Counted from the stretch's first letter, positions 21,968-35,400 are shown. The stretch is DNA of 64,000 bases from Octopus bimaculoides (GCF_001194135.2 NC_068984.1:115818214-115882213); one strand, 5' to 3'. Notes: generated by a model from the letters alone, not told the origin. Made by a program: numbers and translations.

Positions 21968-24900
21968 GAAAACTCACAGCTTATTTTTCTGGGTATAAGC
22001 GAAAGTGTTAGCTGCCCACAGCCAGCAGAATAAGATGACACTTATTTGTTGGTCATGCTTCAAGAACCATGCGAAGAATTCTTGCAGTTCCAAGCAATGC
22101 TGATTTTTGTAGGTGTTCTACCTTCACACGTGCACCACTTTTATTCACCTATGTTGGTAATTGAATGCTGATACTTCCAAGTACACCAATTACTACTGGT
22201 ATCAAGTCTCCTCTGTTCCTTGGCCACAGCCTTCCTATTTCTTCTTCTTTCACATAGATCATGTTGTCATCGGGGCATACTATGTCGATCATCATACATG
22301 TTCTTTCGTTTTATTCACCACAACAATGTCCGGTTTCCGATGTCTGGTTGGGTGATCGCACTGGATCATTGCCTCCCACAGGATTTTGCAATCCTCATTT
22401 TCGTTGACTCCTTCTGGAGTTTTCTCATACCACGTTTTTGCTCTTTGTAGGCCGTGATTTCCACAAAGCTCCCAATGGATCATTCTTGCACACTGTCATG
22501 GCGTCTTTTGTATTCGTGTTGTACCAATTTCGGGCATTCACTAACTGTGTGCCATACCGTTTCACCCCTCTCACCACACAATCTGAATTTGTCTGTATCT
22601 GTAGTGTTGTCTACTCCGTACTTCATATAGTTGGTCCTAAATGCTTGTTCCTGACCTGCGTATATGAGTGCTTCTGTCTCTATCTTCAGGTCACTTCCTC
22701 ACATACATAGCCACTAGTCCTCTGTATCTGTCTTGGCATTCACATCTCTTGTACACTGACCGTACATTTTCTTTTCCTTTCATGCTTTTTTCTTTTTTTT
22801 TTGTTCATTTCTTGTTTAAATTTTTCTTTCATTACACAATCTTCAGTTTCGATGATGCCCGTCTTCTGGTATTGCAACAGTGGCTCTACAACATATTTTA
22901 CATACCAAACTAAGCTGTTTTCCTCTGCTCCGATACAGTTCTGGCAACAGATCAGACCTCTTCCACTCTTTCTTCTGGACAAGTACAGCCTCTCGGTGTC
23001 ACTCTTAGGGAGGAAGGCTCCGTGCACTTAATTACTCTTTTACTTGTTTCAGTCATTTGACTGCGGCCATGCTGGAGCACCGCCTTTAGTCGAGAAAATC
23101 GAACCCAGGACCCATTCTTTGCAAACCTAGTACTTATTCTNNNNNNNNNNAAATCGAACCCAGGACTCATTCTTTGCAAACCTAGTACTTATTCTATCGG
23201 TTTCTTTTGCCGAACCGCTAAGTTACGGGGTCGTAAACACACCACCATCGGTTGTCAAGCGATGCTGGGGAGGCAAATAGAGACACACAAACATATACAC
23301 ACGCATACATATATATATACACATATATACGAAGGGCTTCTTTCAGTTTCCGTCTACCAAATTCACTCACAAGGCTGTGGTCGGCCCGAGGCTATAGTAG
23401 AAGACACTTGCCCAAGGTACCACGCAGTGGGACTGAACCCAGAACGATGTGCTTCGTAAACAAGCTACTTACCACACAGCCACTCAACATTCTTCTGGTC
23501 TTGATATCTATTTTCTTCACTTCTCTCTTTTGCCATTTTATAATTCTCGCTCCATGCTGAAGTGATGATATCGTCCACGTATTAACTGCTTGGATTTTAT
23601 TCTAGCCAGTCAGTTTTGAGCGCAACACCAACCTTAGTCTTCGGAAATAATCCATCTTCAGTTGCTCTTTTATATCCTGTTCCATCATCTCGTTGAACTT
23701 TTGTACACCAAGGTATTTGTAGCCTTCCGTTTCAATTTGTTTAATCAAGTCAATTCAGTAATTCTATCTCTGCTAGAGACTGTAATTTGCCTCTTTTTAG
23801 GTAGATTATTCTGCACTTCTTGACTCCAAATTCCATTCTAATTTCAGTACTAAAACAGTGGACCGTATTCACCAAGGAATTCACTTGTATCTCATCCTTG
23901 CCATACAGTTTCAAATCATCCATGAAGAGGAAGTGGTTGATTGTTTGGGATTTTTCTTTTAGTTGGTACTCCAGGTTCATTTTGCTAAGTACCAAGGTCA
24001 GAGGTATCATGCAGAGAACGAAAAGCAACGGAGATAGGCTATCACCCTGAAAAATCCCTCCTCTGATACCCAGGGTACCCAAGCTTTTTCCGTAAGATGT
24101 CAGTTCAGTTTTCCATCCCACCATACTTCTCTTCAGGAAACACATTCCTCGCAATTCCAAATAGATCTAAGCACTCGATGATCCACGAGTGTAGAATCAT
24201 ATCATAAGCTTTGCGATAGTCAATCCAGGCCATTCCTAGATTTGTTCTCCTTCGTTTACAATCTTGCATTACCATTTTGTTTATGAATAGTTGATCTTTG
24301 GTACCGTTGCATCTCCTTCTACAGCCTTTTTGTTCCGTCGGTAATATATCGTTCTCATCATCTTTTGCAAATCCTCCTGACAGTAAATTCCACATTAATG
24401 GGAGGCAAGAAATTGGTCTGTAATTGTCAGCAGCAATTTCCTTTGGTGCATCTTTCAGGCACAACACCGTTCATCTTTTTGTCAAGCAGCCTAGGATTTC
24501 TTCTTCATTGATCAATGCATTAAATTGCTCTGCGATCAATTTATGGCAACTACTGAACTTTTTTTAAAATCCAAAATCCCTGTACACTATATGGTCCTGC
24601 TGCTTTACAATTGCTTGTCTTTTTATTCATATTTCTGATACTGTCTTCTCTGAAGTGGATAGCCTGGGGATAAGAAACTGTTTGCTTCAGGCTGCAGAGC
24701 CATTCAGCTGTAGTATTATTTTGTTCTTGCTTACACCATATCTTGCCCCAGAAAAGGGACTAATCTTTCACATTTTTTATCATCATTAATCTCTTGATAA
24801 AATCGTTTTTGGTCTGTTCTAAATTTGTTTTGTCGGTATTGTTTAATCCGTTGTTCAAACCTAGTTATCTTTGCTTTTTTTTTTTGATGTATGCGCTGCT

Positions 24901-25800
24901 TCAGCTTTTCAGTTACGACATTCAGGACTTTTGTATGTGCACCGTACTTCTTTCTTAACTTTTTCGAATTTCCATCCATTCTTAAGTTCTTCATTCCTTT
25001 TCCTGACAAGTACTGACACTACACTGTTCAAGGAGTTTATATCTTCCGAAATTCTCCTTTTCCACCACTGTTGTTTATTTCCTCTTCTATCCGTCGCTGT
25101 TCTGTTCTCAGTAGTTCTTAATGCCATCCTTTCTGCCACAATCCTACTAGCAACATTGACAAAATTATTTGTTTGTGTGATGTTCTTTGTTTCAGTGTGT
25201 CTCAATACATTATTGACTCTACTCGCCTCTTGATTTAATCTCCATTGGTTAGCCTTCTTAAACTCGCAGTCCCTTCTGTATTTAAAGATCTAAAAATTCT
25301 GTCTATTATTAATCGATCTTCATTGTTTGAGTAGCTACTGATCTCAATTCTTTCACAATTCACAGTATTATATTCTTGCGAGCAACTGTCCATCTCTTCC
25401 ACTATACCACTTTCGTTTCTCACTTGCCCAGCATCACCCGATATCCTTCTTTTAATAACTTCTAGCTCCGATTCTGTTAACCATCCATTCTTTCGCATTG
25501 CTTTTGCTTGGTCACATAATTTCTGTTCAGTAATTTCAAAGAGTTCCATTGCCTTTCATTCACTGTGCATTCGTTTTCTGCACCCTTTGACAGACACGGC
25601 CTTCGCATCTACTGGGGTGCTCCGGTAGTAACACTCCATCACCATCATGTTTATTTGTTTACTTCATTTACGTCTTGTAGCATGGCTAGCAGTTGCTGGA
25701 TTACGACCGGGACCACCATGCTGGACAGTGGGGCACCTGCCGGATGCAGTACTTTCATCATTGGTTCCAGTTTCGTTCACACCGTTATTGTCTTCTATTT
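21966..25800 (-). mobile_element. Near full-length degraded R4/Dong RLE non-LTR retrotransposon, interrupted by a SINE C
   Basis: In order: N-terminal VMECYYRS...EITEQKLCDQAKAMRKNGWL; RT domains [50 protein letters not shown]; thumb HGAFLPKSDTERLYLSRRKSGRGL; CCHC RLCGERGETVWHTVSEC; RLE RKPDIVVVNK and KSALLGTARILR. Followed by (TAA)n. Many frameshifts and stops. Confidence 0.92.
23031..23485 (-). mobile_element. tRNA-derived SINE family C inserted in the R4/Dong ORF
   Basis: Head GAGTGGCTGTGTGGTAAG...GGGTTCAGTCCC, CORE-like caccttgggcaagtg, tail ggcggtgctccagcatggccgcagtc. The host ORF reads TRRMLS | (V)HGAFLPKSD across the insertion. Confidence 0.9.
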
Positions 25801-25889
25801 TGCTTAGCATTTTCACTCACAAATGAGGTGTGTTTTTAGGTTACTGAAGAAAATTCTAACTAGGTCCCATCTGCAAGGTCATGCACTTT

Positions 25890-26075
25890 CATTATGTCTT
25901 ACTGGCCATTTCTCCCCAAAATACTTTACTTTCTTCCGCATTAGTAATCACTTCCTGATGTTGTTCCTCCCCTATTTCTTCTAAAAGACATTTGTTCGAT
26001 TGAAACAACCTATTCTGTTCAAAACCTTTGCATCTAGCATCATATTCTTTTAATTTGGCCTTTGACACCGTCACC
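25890..26075 (-). mobile_element. Fragment of a further R4/Dong copy (pre-RT region)
   Basis: KAKLKEYDARCKGFEQNRLFQSN...NAEESKVFW is homologous to KAKITRFEQRIKQYRQN at ~24800-24870. Confidence 0.65.
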
Positions 26076-26343
26076 CTGTCGTGACAAAGAATTTCACATA
26101 GTCCTTAAATATACTACTACGTTTTATATTTTAATTGAAAAAATCTTCAGGGATGGTGGGAAAATATTATTTTATATTATTATCTACGAACAAAACATTT
26201 TTAATTCAATGAAGTTTCACTTATTTTATTTTTTTGGAACTTTCCTAATCACATTATAATCTATCACACGATACATTTATTGTTTCGATAATAAGATATT
26301 CTGTCTCCTAAACATGGTATTTAAATGTTGTCACTATTTTAAC

Positions 26344-26405
<62 letters not shown>

Positions 26406-26452
26406 ATCTATATATATATATATACATATATATACATACATACATACAAACA

Positions 26453-26488
<36 letters not shown>

Positions 26489-26650
26489 NNNNNNNNNNNN
26501 NNNNNNNNNNNNNNNNNNNNATTGATATATATATATGTATCTGTGTCTGTGTGTATGTATGTTTGTATGTATATTTCATAATATATATTACATAATATAT
26601 GGTGCACCAGCATGACCGCAGCCACTTGGCTAAAACACATAAATAAATAA

Positions 26651-26683
<33 letters not shown>

Positions 26684-27436
26684 TAATTTAGTTTAACAAA
26701 GCCTTGTATTTGGAAAATGACGTCAAAGTAGTAAGTTGTATTGGATACCACGTATTTTAGATACAAAACGTAAATAGACTTACATTTAAATTGACCATTT
26801 AATATTTATATATATTGAATTATTATAGCCTAATTGCTATTTATATTTGTATAGTTGCAGTCGGAACACATCAGCATCATTCTTATTCAAATTTTGCAGG
26901 AAACTGATGTTTATTGATAAATCTATTATTCAGCTTAATTACAAATCATTAGTCTCTTCGTCCGTGCGGTAATTGTGGCGGCGGTGCTGATAAATACGTG
27001 AAATTAAATGAGTGATGTTTGGAATGGAGTATGGTGATGTTGTTGATGATGATGATGAGAATGAGGAGTGGTAGGAGGACAACAAAATGATCACTTCTAA
27101 CCCGAGAAATCGATAACTATTCTCTGGTTTAGAAAATAATAATCGTATTATATTTCGCCCAAATAATGTGTAAATTTCCTAAAATAAATATTCACACGTG
27201 CGTTATTTTGAAATATTGTCTATTGATATGAAAGATGGTACCTTGTAGACTTATCAAGTGTTTAAAATAACGAAAACAAATCTTTCTCTCTTACTCTTTC
27301 CCGCTCTCTCTCGCTTTCTATGTGTGTGTTTGTGTATGCGCGCGCGTGCGTGATGATTTTGTGTGTGTATGTTATGTTTGAAAGAGTCAGAGTGTGTATT
27401 TATGTGTGTGGTTATGTGCGGTGTGTGTGTGTGTGT

Positions 27437-27766
27437 GGAGGTGCAATGGCCCAGTGGTTAGGGCAGCGGACTCGTGGTCGTAGAATCACGGTTTCGATTC
27501 CCAGACACGGCGTTATGAGTGTTTATTAAGTGAAAACACCTAACGCCCACGAGGCTCCAGCATGAGGTGATGGTGAACTCTGCTGTGCTCTTTCACCAAA
27601 GCTTTCTCTCACTCTTTCTTCCTGTTTCTGTTGTACCTGTATTTCAAATGGTCAGCCTCGTCACACTCTGTGTGGAATGAATTTCCTTGAGAACTACGTT
27701 AAGGGTACACGTGTCTGTGGAGTGCTCAGCCACTTGCGCGTTAATTTCACGAGCAGGCTGTTCCGT
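27437..27766 (+). mobile_element. SINE family B, 3' end missing
   Basis: Collinear with 20184-20510; stops at gcaggctgttccgt. Confidence 0.85.
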
Positions 27767-28544
27767 ACATAGTATTGTTCTGGAGAATTCTAAGAAAACA
27801 AGAAAATTATGAGTTTGTTTTAAAATTTGAGATTACATAGACAGTATTTTTACGTAGGATATGGGCAGAAAATCAGAGAGAGACATCGAAAGGAAAACAA
27901 TTAAGAAATATAATACAATACACAAAAAGTGTAGAGATAGAAAAAAGATTGCGAAAATGAAGAATGTAATTAGAATTAAATTGCCATCCAACGAGAAAGG
28001 TAGGTTTGAAAGCTGTTCTGCTGGAAAGAGAGAGAGGAGAAATGTTAAAGGAATTGTTTGGTGAAAAGTTAGAAGTGACAGCGGTACAGTTTTGTTTTGA
28101 TGAATTGCCGCCGGTGGTGGCGTTCGAAGATTTCATGAAGTATTTGGTGTAAATGAGGGAAAGTGAGGAAATTTAAGAACTGAATAATTAGTGACATCGT
28201 GTAGATTTGTTTTTTTAAAAAAGAGGGAAAAAAAGGGAAAAACCAACAGATACAAGACAGAATATTGAACTGTTAGTAAAACGTTATATATAAACAGTAA
28301 AAGGAAACTGCTTGCTTATGGGGGGGGGGGGGTATGTCATTCCATCCTCATTTTTATTGTATCCATAAATTCATACGATATGTGTATTTATGTACTCCAT
28401 TGTATTGTTTTGTACCTCATTGTACTCTCCTTTCTCTATAAGAGCCATGTGCTCAATAAAAGAAATAAGGACGTCGGTGTTGCCTTGGCGGAGGTTTTCT
28501 CTGAGTGATCTTGTTATTATTATTATTATCATCATTATTATTAA

Positions 28545-29600
28545 TAAGGCGGTGAGCTGGTAGAAACGTTAGCACGTCAGTATATCATCTGTCTTTACGT
28601 TCTGAGTTCAAATTTCACCGAGGTTGTCTTTGCCTTTCCTCCTTTCGGGGTCGATAAATTAAGTACCAGTTGCGTACTGGGTTGATCTAATCAACTGGCC
28701 CCTCCCCCAGCATTTCGGGCCTTGTGCCTACATTAGAAAAGAATTGTCATTCCAATTTTTAAGGCGGCGAGCTGACATAACCGTTAGCACGCCGAGCGAA
28801 ATGCTTAGCGGTATTTCGTCTGTCTTTACGTTCTGAGTTCAAATTACGCCGAGGTCGACTTTGTCTTTCATCCTTTCAGGGTCAATAAATTAAGAACCAG
28901 TTGCGCACTGCGGTCGATCTAATCGACTGGTCTCCGCCCACAAAATTTCGGGCCTTGTGCCTAGAGTAGAAAAGATTATCATTAATGTAAGGCGGTGAGC
29001 TGGCAGAATCGTTAGCACGCTGGACGAAATGCTTAGCGGTATTTCGCCCGTCGCGACGTTCTGAGTTCAAATTCCGTCAAGGTCGACTTTACTTTTCATC
29101 CTTTCGGGGTCGATAACTTAATCCCCTCGCCCAAGCTGCCCTTGTGGCAAATATTTGAAATCTTTATTATTATTATTATTATTATTATTAAATAGCGAGT
29201 TGGCAGAATTGTTATCGTGTCGGACAAAATGCTTAGTTCTGAATTCAAATTCCGCCGTGGTCAACATTGCTTTTCATCCTTTCGGAATCGATAAATTAAG
29301 TAATATTTGAGCACTGGAGTCGATGTAATCGCCTTACGCCGCCCCTAAAATTGCTGGCCTTGTGTCAAAATTTGAAACCTTTATTATTGTTGTTATCAAT
29401 AAAGCAGCTGGCAGCATCGTTGGCGTAGTAGCTTTTTTTCCCGCTCTTTTACTGTTTGAGCTCATATTCCATCGAGGTCGAATTCGACTTTCATCTTTTC
29501 GTGGTCGATAAGATAAGAACCAAATGAGGAATGGGGTCGATGTAATTGACTAATCCATCCCCCTAAAATTCCTACCCTTGTTCCAAAATTTGGAATAATT
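28545..29600 (+). mobile_element. Head-to-tail array of five SINE family A copies
   Basis: Heads at ~28546, 28762, 28990, 29190 and 29402, each followed by gagttcaaatt and ttcatcctttc motifs. Some copies are separated by (TTA)n. Confidence 0.85.
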
Positions 29601-29929
29601 ATTACTATTCTTATATTAAAAAAAAAATTTTTTTCCAAAATAAACCATATTTCCATATCTCTCGTATTCATTGCTAATATAAAAAAAAAAATCGATGAAT
29701 AAAGGCTAAATGACTGTATTGTTATCCTCGACAATATTAGGACGATAAGGGCTTTCAAGAAATATTGATTTTCCAGCTATCAATCAAATGTGTTGATGGA
29801 GAGCGTATGAACTTGTCGACATTTGAAGCAGGTGTACGGCCAATTTTAATCCTTGTTGGCAGCTGCCATTTCCTTTTTCCACATCACCCCGCTTTGCAAT
29901 ACAAACTGGAGTGTGCACCCACCTGTGTG

Positions 29930-29933
<4 letters not shown>

Positions 29934-30020
<87 letters not shown>
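29934..30020. repeat. (GT)n microsatellite
   Basis: Read directly. Confidence 0.95.
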
Positions 30021-30023
<3 letters not shown>

Positions 30024-30483
30024 TATGCTTGCGTGCATTTGTGTGTGTGTGTCTTAGTTGGTAATTTAGTATCAGTACATCTATTACAACAGGTCGGAGA
30101 CTACTCGTGACTATGTTAATCAAGTACATGACAAGCAACTGAAAGGCTGCTCATTCATACACTCTCATAGACACTAGCTTGCGTCTGTAATGAAGACTTC
30201 TAAGGAGAAAACCTCTGCGTGTGGTAGGTTGACATGCTAGAAATTGCAGCCAAATCTTTCCCGAGTCATACCCTTACCGTCACATTTTCTAAAATAGACA
30301 TACATACACTGTGTCATGATTTGTACATTTTAAAACTGTTCAAAGAGATATCCCCTTCGTTAAATAATTACACCAACAACAACAGCAACAGCAACAATGA
30401 CAGCAGCATTATCAGCAATACTAGCAGCAGCAGCGACAACGATAACGACATTAATAACAAAAGCAACAATATATACTCATCAT

Positions 30484-30620
30484 CAAGGCCACCTTAGCAG
30501 CATTATTGGATCCTCAGCAAAGTAATGCAACAGGCCCATATACATAGATCACTATTGGGCTCCTAGACGCGTGAGCACCTGGGCAACTGCTCAGTGAGTT
30601 CATGCCTTAAGATGGCCTCA
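30484..30620. mobile_element. Short hAT-like MITE remnant
   Basis: Imperfect inverted ends caaggccaccttag / ccttaagatggcctc; no TSD recovered. Confidence 0.35.
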
Positions 30621-30799
30621 TTAAAATTAATCAGACATGATTATGATAATGGTGAATCTTTGGTCGTTTCTATTCAATGGTTTATAAAGTTTTCAATGAA
30701 TATTTGTCTCTATAATTACTATTCTTGAAACTTACTCGTGATTTAACTTAACTTTTAACACATCTAATTCGTTGCTCTAATCTATATGTAATATATACT

Positions 30800-31850
30800 G
30801 TCAATAATCATGATAGTATGCTTGATATGGAAAAGGCCACTAATCAAATAGAACAAACAGTAACTTCAGTGAAGGATAGGGAATCTGTGCAATTAGAATA
30901 TAACAAAAGAATTCCTAGAAGTAAAAAGAAGAGTGCAGATTTACTTGAATATGTGCCAAATAAATATGTGCCAAATAAAACTCGGTTGAGATTAGCTTTC
31001 TGTAATAGCAAAAATCTAGGACAAATTATAGCTGCACACAACGGACGTTAATTTAAAAGTGTTTATATGAGTAGTAGCAATAATAGTAAACAGAATTATA
31101 ATTATAGATCAATAAACAGCAACAACGTCAACATGAGCGGACAAACCGTGCGTGACAAAACTGGGTATCAGGATATGACTTTGGTTTGACAACCAATAAA
31201 GTTGAAGAGACCCAAGGGAGCTCCACAATTGGTCTGGAAGAAGTGGATATGGATCCTAGAGGAAAAAGTACTGAGTGTTGTCTCTGTGAAGAGGACTAAT
31301 AGCTTAGAAGATAGACAGGAGAATATATAAAAATTGCATCTAGAATAGGTGAAGTGGGTGATCGTGATGGAAGTACTAGAACTTTTAGTTGCGATTGTGC
31401 AAGATACGGGGTCTGTCCGCTTGGCTCTGATTGTAAATATAAAAATGTCGTATACAAATATAAGATTACCTCAGAGAATAGAGAATATTTCAATATAGGA
31501 GCTAGTCCATGTTATATTAAGCAGAGATTTGCCAATCATTTAATTTCGTTTAGAAAGAGGGACAAAATAAATACTACCAGACTTAGTAAGCTAATTTGAG
31601 CACTTAAAGATAGTAACAAAGTATTTTCGATTGCCTGGAAAACCATTAGTAAAGCAAAACTTTATAGAATAGGCGGTAATAAATGGAAAACGTTGTGTGG
31701 AGTAAGTATACCAAATTTTCTTTTCTAAATATACTATTATAAACACTAGACAAGAACAGGCTATGAGATGTCCACATTGGATTAAATATATGTTTAAACG
31801 ATTTAAAGAAACATAAATTAACTTCTATACTAGTTAACATAATGACTGTG
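30800..31850 (+). mobile_element. Penelope-like element fragment (RT-EN linker plus GIY-YIG endonuclease), degraded
   Basis: NKTRLRLAFCNSKNLGQIIAAHN, then SCDCARYGVCPLGSDCKYKNVVYKYKI...YFNIGASPCYIKQRFANHLISF...TRLSKLI*ALKD...IAWK, matching the PLE C-x-C...CP...C plus GIY-YIG layout. No RT core upstream. Confidence 0.8.
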
Positions 31851-31906
31851 ATAATTAATTATATTTTTGCAAATAATACTCAGATAATTTCAGTAGTAAT
31901 ACTAAC

Positions 31907-31950
<44 letters not shown>

Positions 31951-31968
31951 TAATAACAATAATAATAG

Positions 31969-32326
31969 TCTTTTACTCTTTTCTCTTTTACTTGTTTTAG
32001 TCATTTGACTGCGGCCATGCTGGAGCGCCGCCTTTAGTCGAGCAAATCGACCCCAAGACTTATTCTTTGTAAGCCTAGTACTTATTCTATCGGTCTCTTT
32101 TTGCCGAACCGCTAAGTTACGAGGACGTAAACACACCAGCATCGGTTATCAAGCGAGATATACGACGGACTTCTTTCAGTTTCCGTCTACCAAATCCACT
32201 TGCAAGGCATTGGTCGGCCCGAGGCTATAGTAGAAAACACTTGCCCAAGGTGCCACGCAGTGGGACTGAACCCGGAACCATGTGGTTGGTAAGCAAGCTA
32301 CTTACCACACAGCCACTCCTGTGCCT
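31969..32326 (-). mobile_element. SINE family C (internal segment absent), embedded in (AAT)n
   Basis: Highly similar to 23031-23485; (AAT)n on both sides (~31905-31966 and ~32327-32420). Confidence 0.9.
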
Positions 32327-32359
32327 ATAATAATGATAATAATAATAATAATAATAATG

Positions 32360-32421
<62 letters not shown>

Positions 32422-33104
32422 TGAGGGCATAAACCAAACATAAGTGAATTACTTCTGAATAAATAATGTACTCCATACAGTAAAATGTAAACAAAACTGC
32501 TAGAATTGATTGTAATATGAATGAACATTTTATAAGCCACGATTCAACTGTAATAGCATTAGAAGTAATTATAAGACCAGAATTCAATTTGATTTAACCT
32601 TCAACCGAATACCAACACAGGAAGCTTGTTTGAATTAGTTCACTTTGAAAACGTCTTAAGTGATGGACCCTTCATGAAGTTGCAGCGAATGGGATGCATA
32701 ATTACATACGGAGCAATGTGTAGTTGCTGCAAATGAAACACATGTGGTCATTGTTATATATGTTGTAGAAATATTTTTCAATAAAGAGTTTTGGATGTGA
32801 ATAAATCTCCACTCTCCTCTACGTTTTCAATTTTATATAGATATGTATGTATAGAGAGAGGAGGAGGAGACACGTGGGATAGAGAGTCGCTGAAGAGGTC
32901 ACAAGAACTGTAACGAAAGATTTCAGAGAAAGGACTGAAAAATAAGAATAAAAATAAAAGCTGAAGTGCAGAACAAGTATATATTTTGTGATTAATTGGC
33001 AAAAAAAGATCACCATTCTCAAATATATGAATATCTGCTTGAACACGATATCACATCAGGAATCTTGCAAAGCAAATACATAAACGTATCTATGTATACA
33101 TACA

Positions 33105-33172
<68 letters not shown>

Positions 33173-33813
33173 NNNNNNNNNNNNNNNNNNNNNNNNNNNN
33201 NNNNNNNNNNNNNNNNNNNNNNNNNNNNNNNNNNNNNNNNNNNNNNNNNNNNNNNNNNNNNNNNNNNNNNNNNNNNNNNNNNNNNNNNNNNNNNNNNNNN
33301 NNNNNNNNNNNNNNNNNNNNNNNNNNNNNNNNNNNNNNNNNNNNNNNNNNNNNNNNNNNNNNNNNNNNNNNNNNNNNNNNNNNNNNNNNNNNNNNNNNNN
33401 NNNNNNNNNNNNNNNNNNNNNNNNNNNNNNNNNNNNNNNNNNNNNNNNNNNNNNNNNNNNNNNNNNNNNNNNNNNNNNNNNNNNNNNNNNNNNNNNNNNN
33501 NNNNNNNNNNNNNNNNNNNNNNNNNNNNNNNNNNNNNNNNNNNNNNNNNNNNNNNNNNNNNNNNNNNNNNNNNNNNNNNNNNNNNNNNNNNNNNNNNNNN
33601 NNNNNNNNNNNNNNNNNNNNNNNNNNNNNNNNNNNNNNNNNNNNNNNNNNNNNNNNNNNNNNNNNNNNNNNNNNNNNNNNNNNNNNNNNNNNNNNNNNNN
33701 NNNNNNNNNNNNNNNNNNNNNNNNNNNNNNNNNNNNNNNNNNNNNNNNNNNNNNNNNNNNNNNNNNNNNNNNNNNNNNNNNNNNNNNNNNNNNNNNNNNN
33801 NNNNNNNNNNNNN

Positions 33814-33856
<43 letters not shown>

Positions 33857-34393
33857 CATTTTTTTCGATTCCGTGTAACTTAGTTTCGTAAGGTAGTGGA
33901 TATGTGTGTATAAATATATAAATATGTATGTATGTATGTAGTACGTTTATATATATAAGTGCACACACCGACATACGTGTTGTCGTGACGTCATAAGAAT
34001 TATATAAATCAATGTGAAAGTGTGAAATAATACTTTTTTGGAACAAACAATTTTGAATGACATAAAACTATAAATAATAGCTTGTCCAATAGTCCAATGG
34101 TAGAACATCTGCCATATCTACATGAGACGTGGGTTCGCGTCGTACGTGTAGCCCCTGAATTCCTTTTTATCCAAAAGGGTTTTCACCCCGATATTTACAT
34201 GATATTATTTCTTGCTTTATGCGCTCCGAAATCCACTCTTTCAAAAAAGAATTATTTCGTATATATCTATAAAAATTCATTGCTCAGCCTACTTATATAA
34301 TCATATTTGTCTACATCAACAAAATTAGTAATATGAAAATTTCGAAGATGATTTTTTAAAGCCTTAAATTATATTATTTACAAATATTGTTTA

Positions 34394-34755
34394 TGTTGTG
34401 TCGACGCACCCAAACGAAGAAGTAGGCTCGACCAAGACATATAAATACAGGTAGTCTGACCGTGGTAGGAGTGGACTGACAGTGGACTGGCTGTTGAGTA
34501 GCAGACGTGTAGCGGTTGAGTAGAGATCATCCGAAGGTGCTAGATAGCAGTAGCTTGAGACATAACAGTTTATCAAGTTGTTCTTTGTGATGTGTCCCTT
34601 GAGAACCACTGAATTAAGTTGTAGTTACATTTTACATGTAATAGCAACTGTAAACGTAAAAGCAATTGTAAAATCAAAAAGGTTGTTGCACCGGATGTTT
34701 TTTTTGTTTCCTTTGACTTGGTGAGTCTAGACGGACTACTGCTATATCCTCTACA
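34394..34755 (+). mobile_element. Possible solo LTR
   Basis: Starts TGTTG, has TATAAATA at ~34440, ends CTACA; composition differs from the flanks. No TSD or PBS found. Confidence 0.3.
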
Positions 34756-34759
34756 GGTC

Positions 34760-35400
34760 CTCCAAGATAGGTGAGATTGATGTCATTAATGTTCCCCTCG
34801 ATCATTTGTTAAGTTAACGCCTACAGAAAAGATATGAATTGGAAGATAATTCCAGATGTTTTATGAAGGAATGACTGGGTGTAATTATTACGGCAAGTCC
34901 TCGAGTGTTGGTGCTTATTAAGCACAGCAAGCTTGCGGAGTGGAAGAGAGATAATCGACTCGCGTATGCTTGATTCGTGATAGCATTGGCTCAACCTGCT
35001 CTAATGAGTAGAGGCCGTCATGACATCGGTAGAAGAGGTGCTGAGAAGAAAGGCCCGCACATAGATTAGAGGCTACTGCTTGTGTGTGAGTGACTTTATG
35101 CCAATTAATCGAGTGGCGCTTTTATGGATATACTCTAGGATGTCTGTATATGAGGCAATGCCAGCAAAATCTCAGATGTGACTGCAGTATTCGATTATGT
35201 GCTCATCTGTGTTTTATAGTGTTAGCAATAACCATTGGATGATGAAGTATCTTCTGACCTTGAAGAGAAGTGCTAGTCTTTGGGAGGCGGTCCTAGCTAC
35301 GTCTTCACTGAGAATGTCTCTTCGTTAGGAATGATCAGTGATAACGAGATCTAATAATTTGAGTGATTTTGAGCGCTGAAGTCGAGTGATGTTTATGGTT
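34760..35400 (-). mobile_element. CR1/Jockey-group LINE ORF2 remnant
   Basis: Frameshifted minus-strand translation: KLLDLVI...VARTASQRLALLFKVRRYF...IEYCSHI*, the post-RT EYCSHIW motif. Confidence 0.6.

Noticed and set aside
23096-23195. 45-bp tandem duplication inside SINE C
   Set aside because: The two copies are separated by exactly 10 Ns and the other SINE C copies have one unit; most likely unmerged overlapping contig ends.
27861-28200. Purine-rich ORF-like stretch upstream of an L1-like 3' end (~28380-28468)
   Set aside because: No recognisable ORF1, EN or RT motif could be aligned; left unannotated.
28545-29600. Repeat array as CRISPR-like
   Set aside because: Units are ~200-bp diverged SINEs with Pol III boxes, not short identical repeats with unique spacers; eukaryotic context with no cas genes.
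34085-34150. tRNA-like sequence (TGGTAGAAC...GGGTTCG), and the tRNA-like heads of all SINEs
   Set aside because: No acceptor stem or full cloverleaf can be formed by eye; these are decayed SINE heads, not tRNA genes. tRNAscan-SE would settle it.
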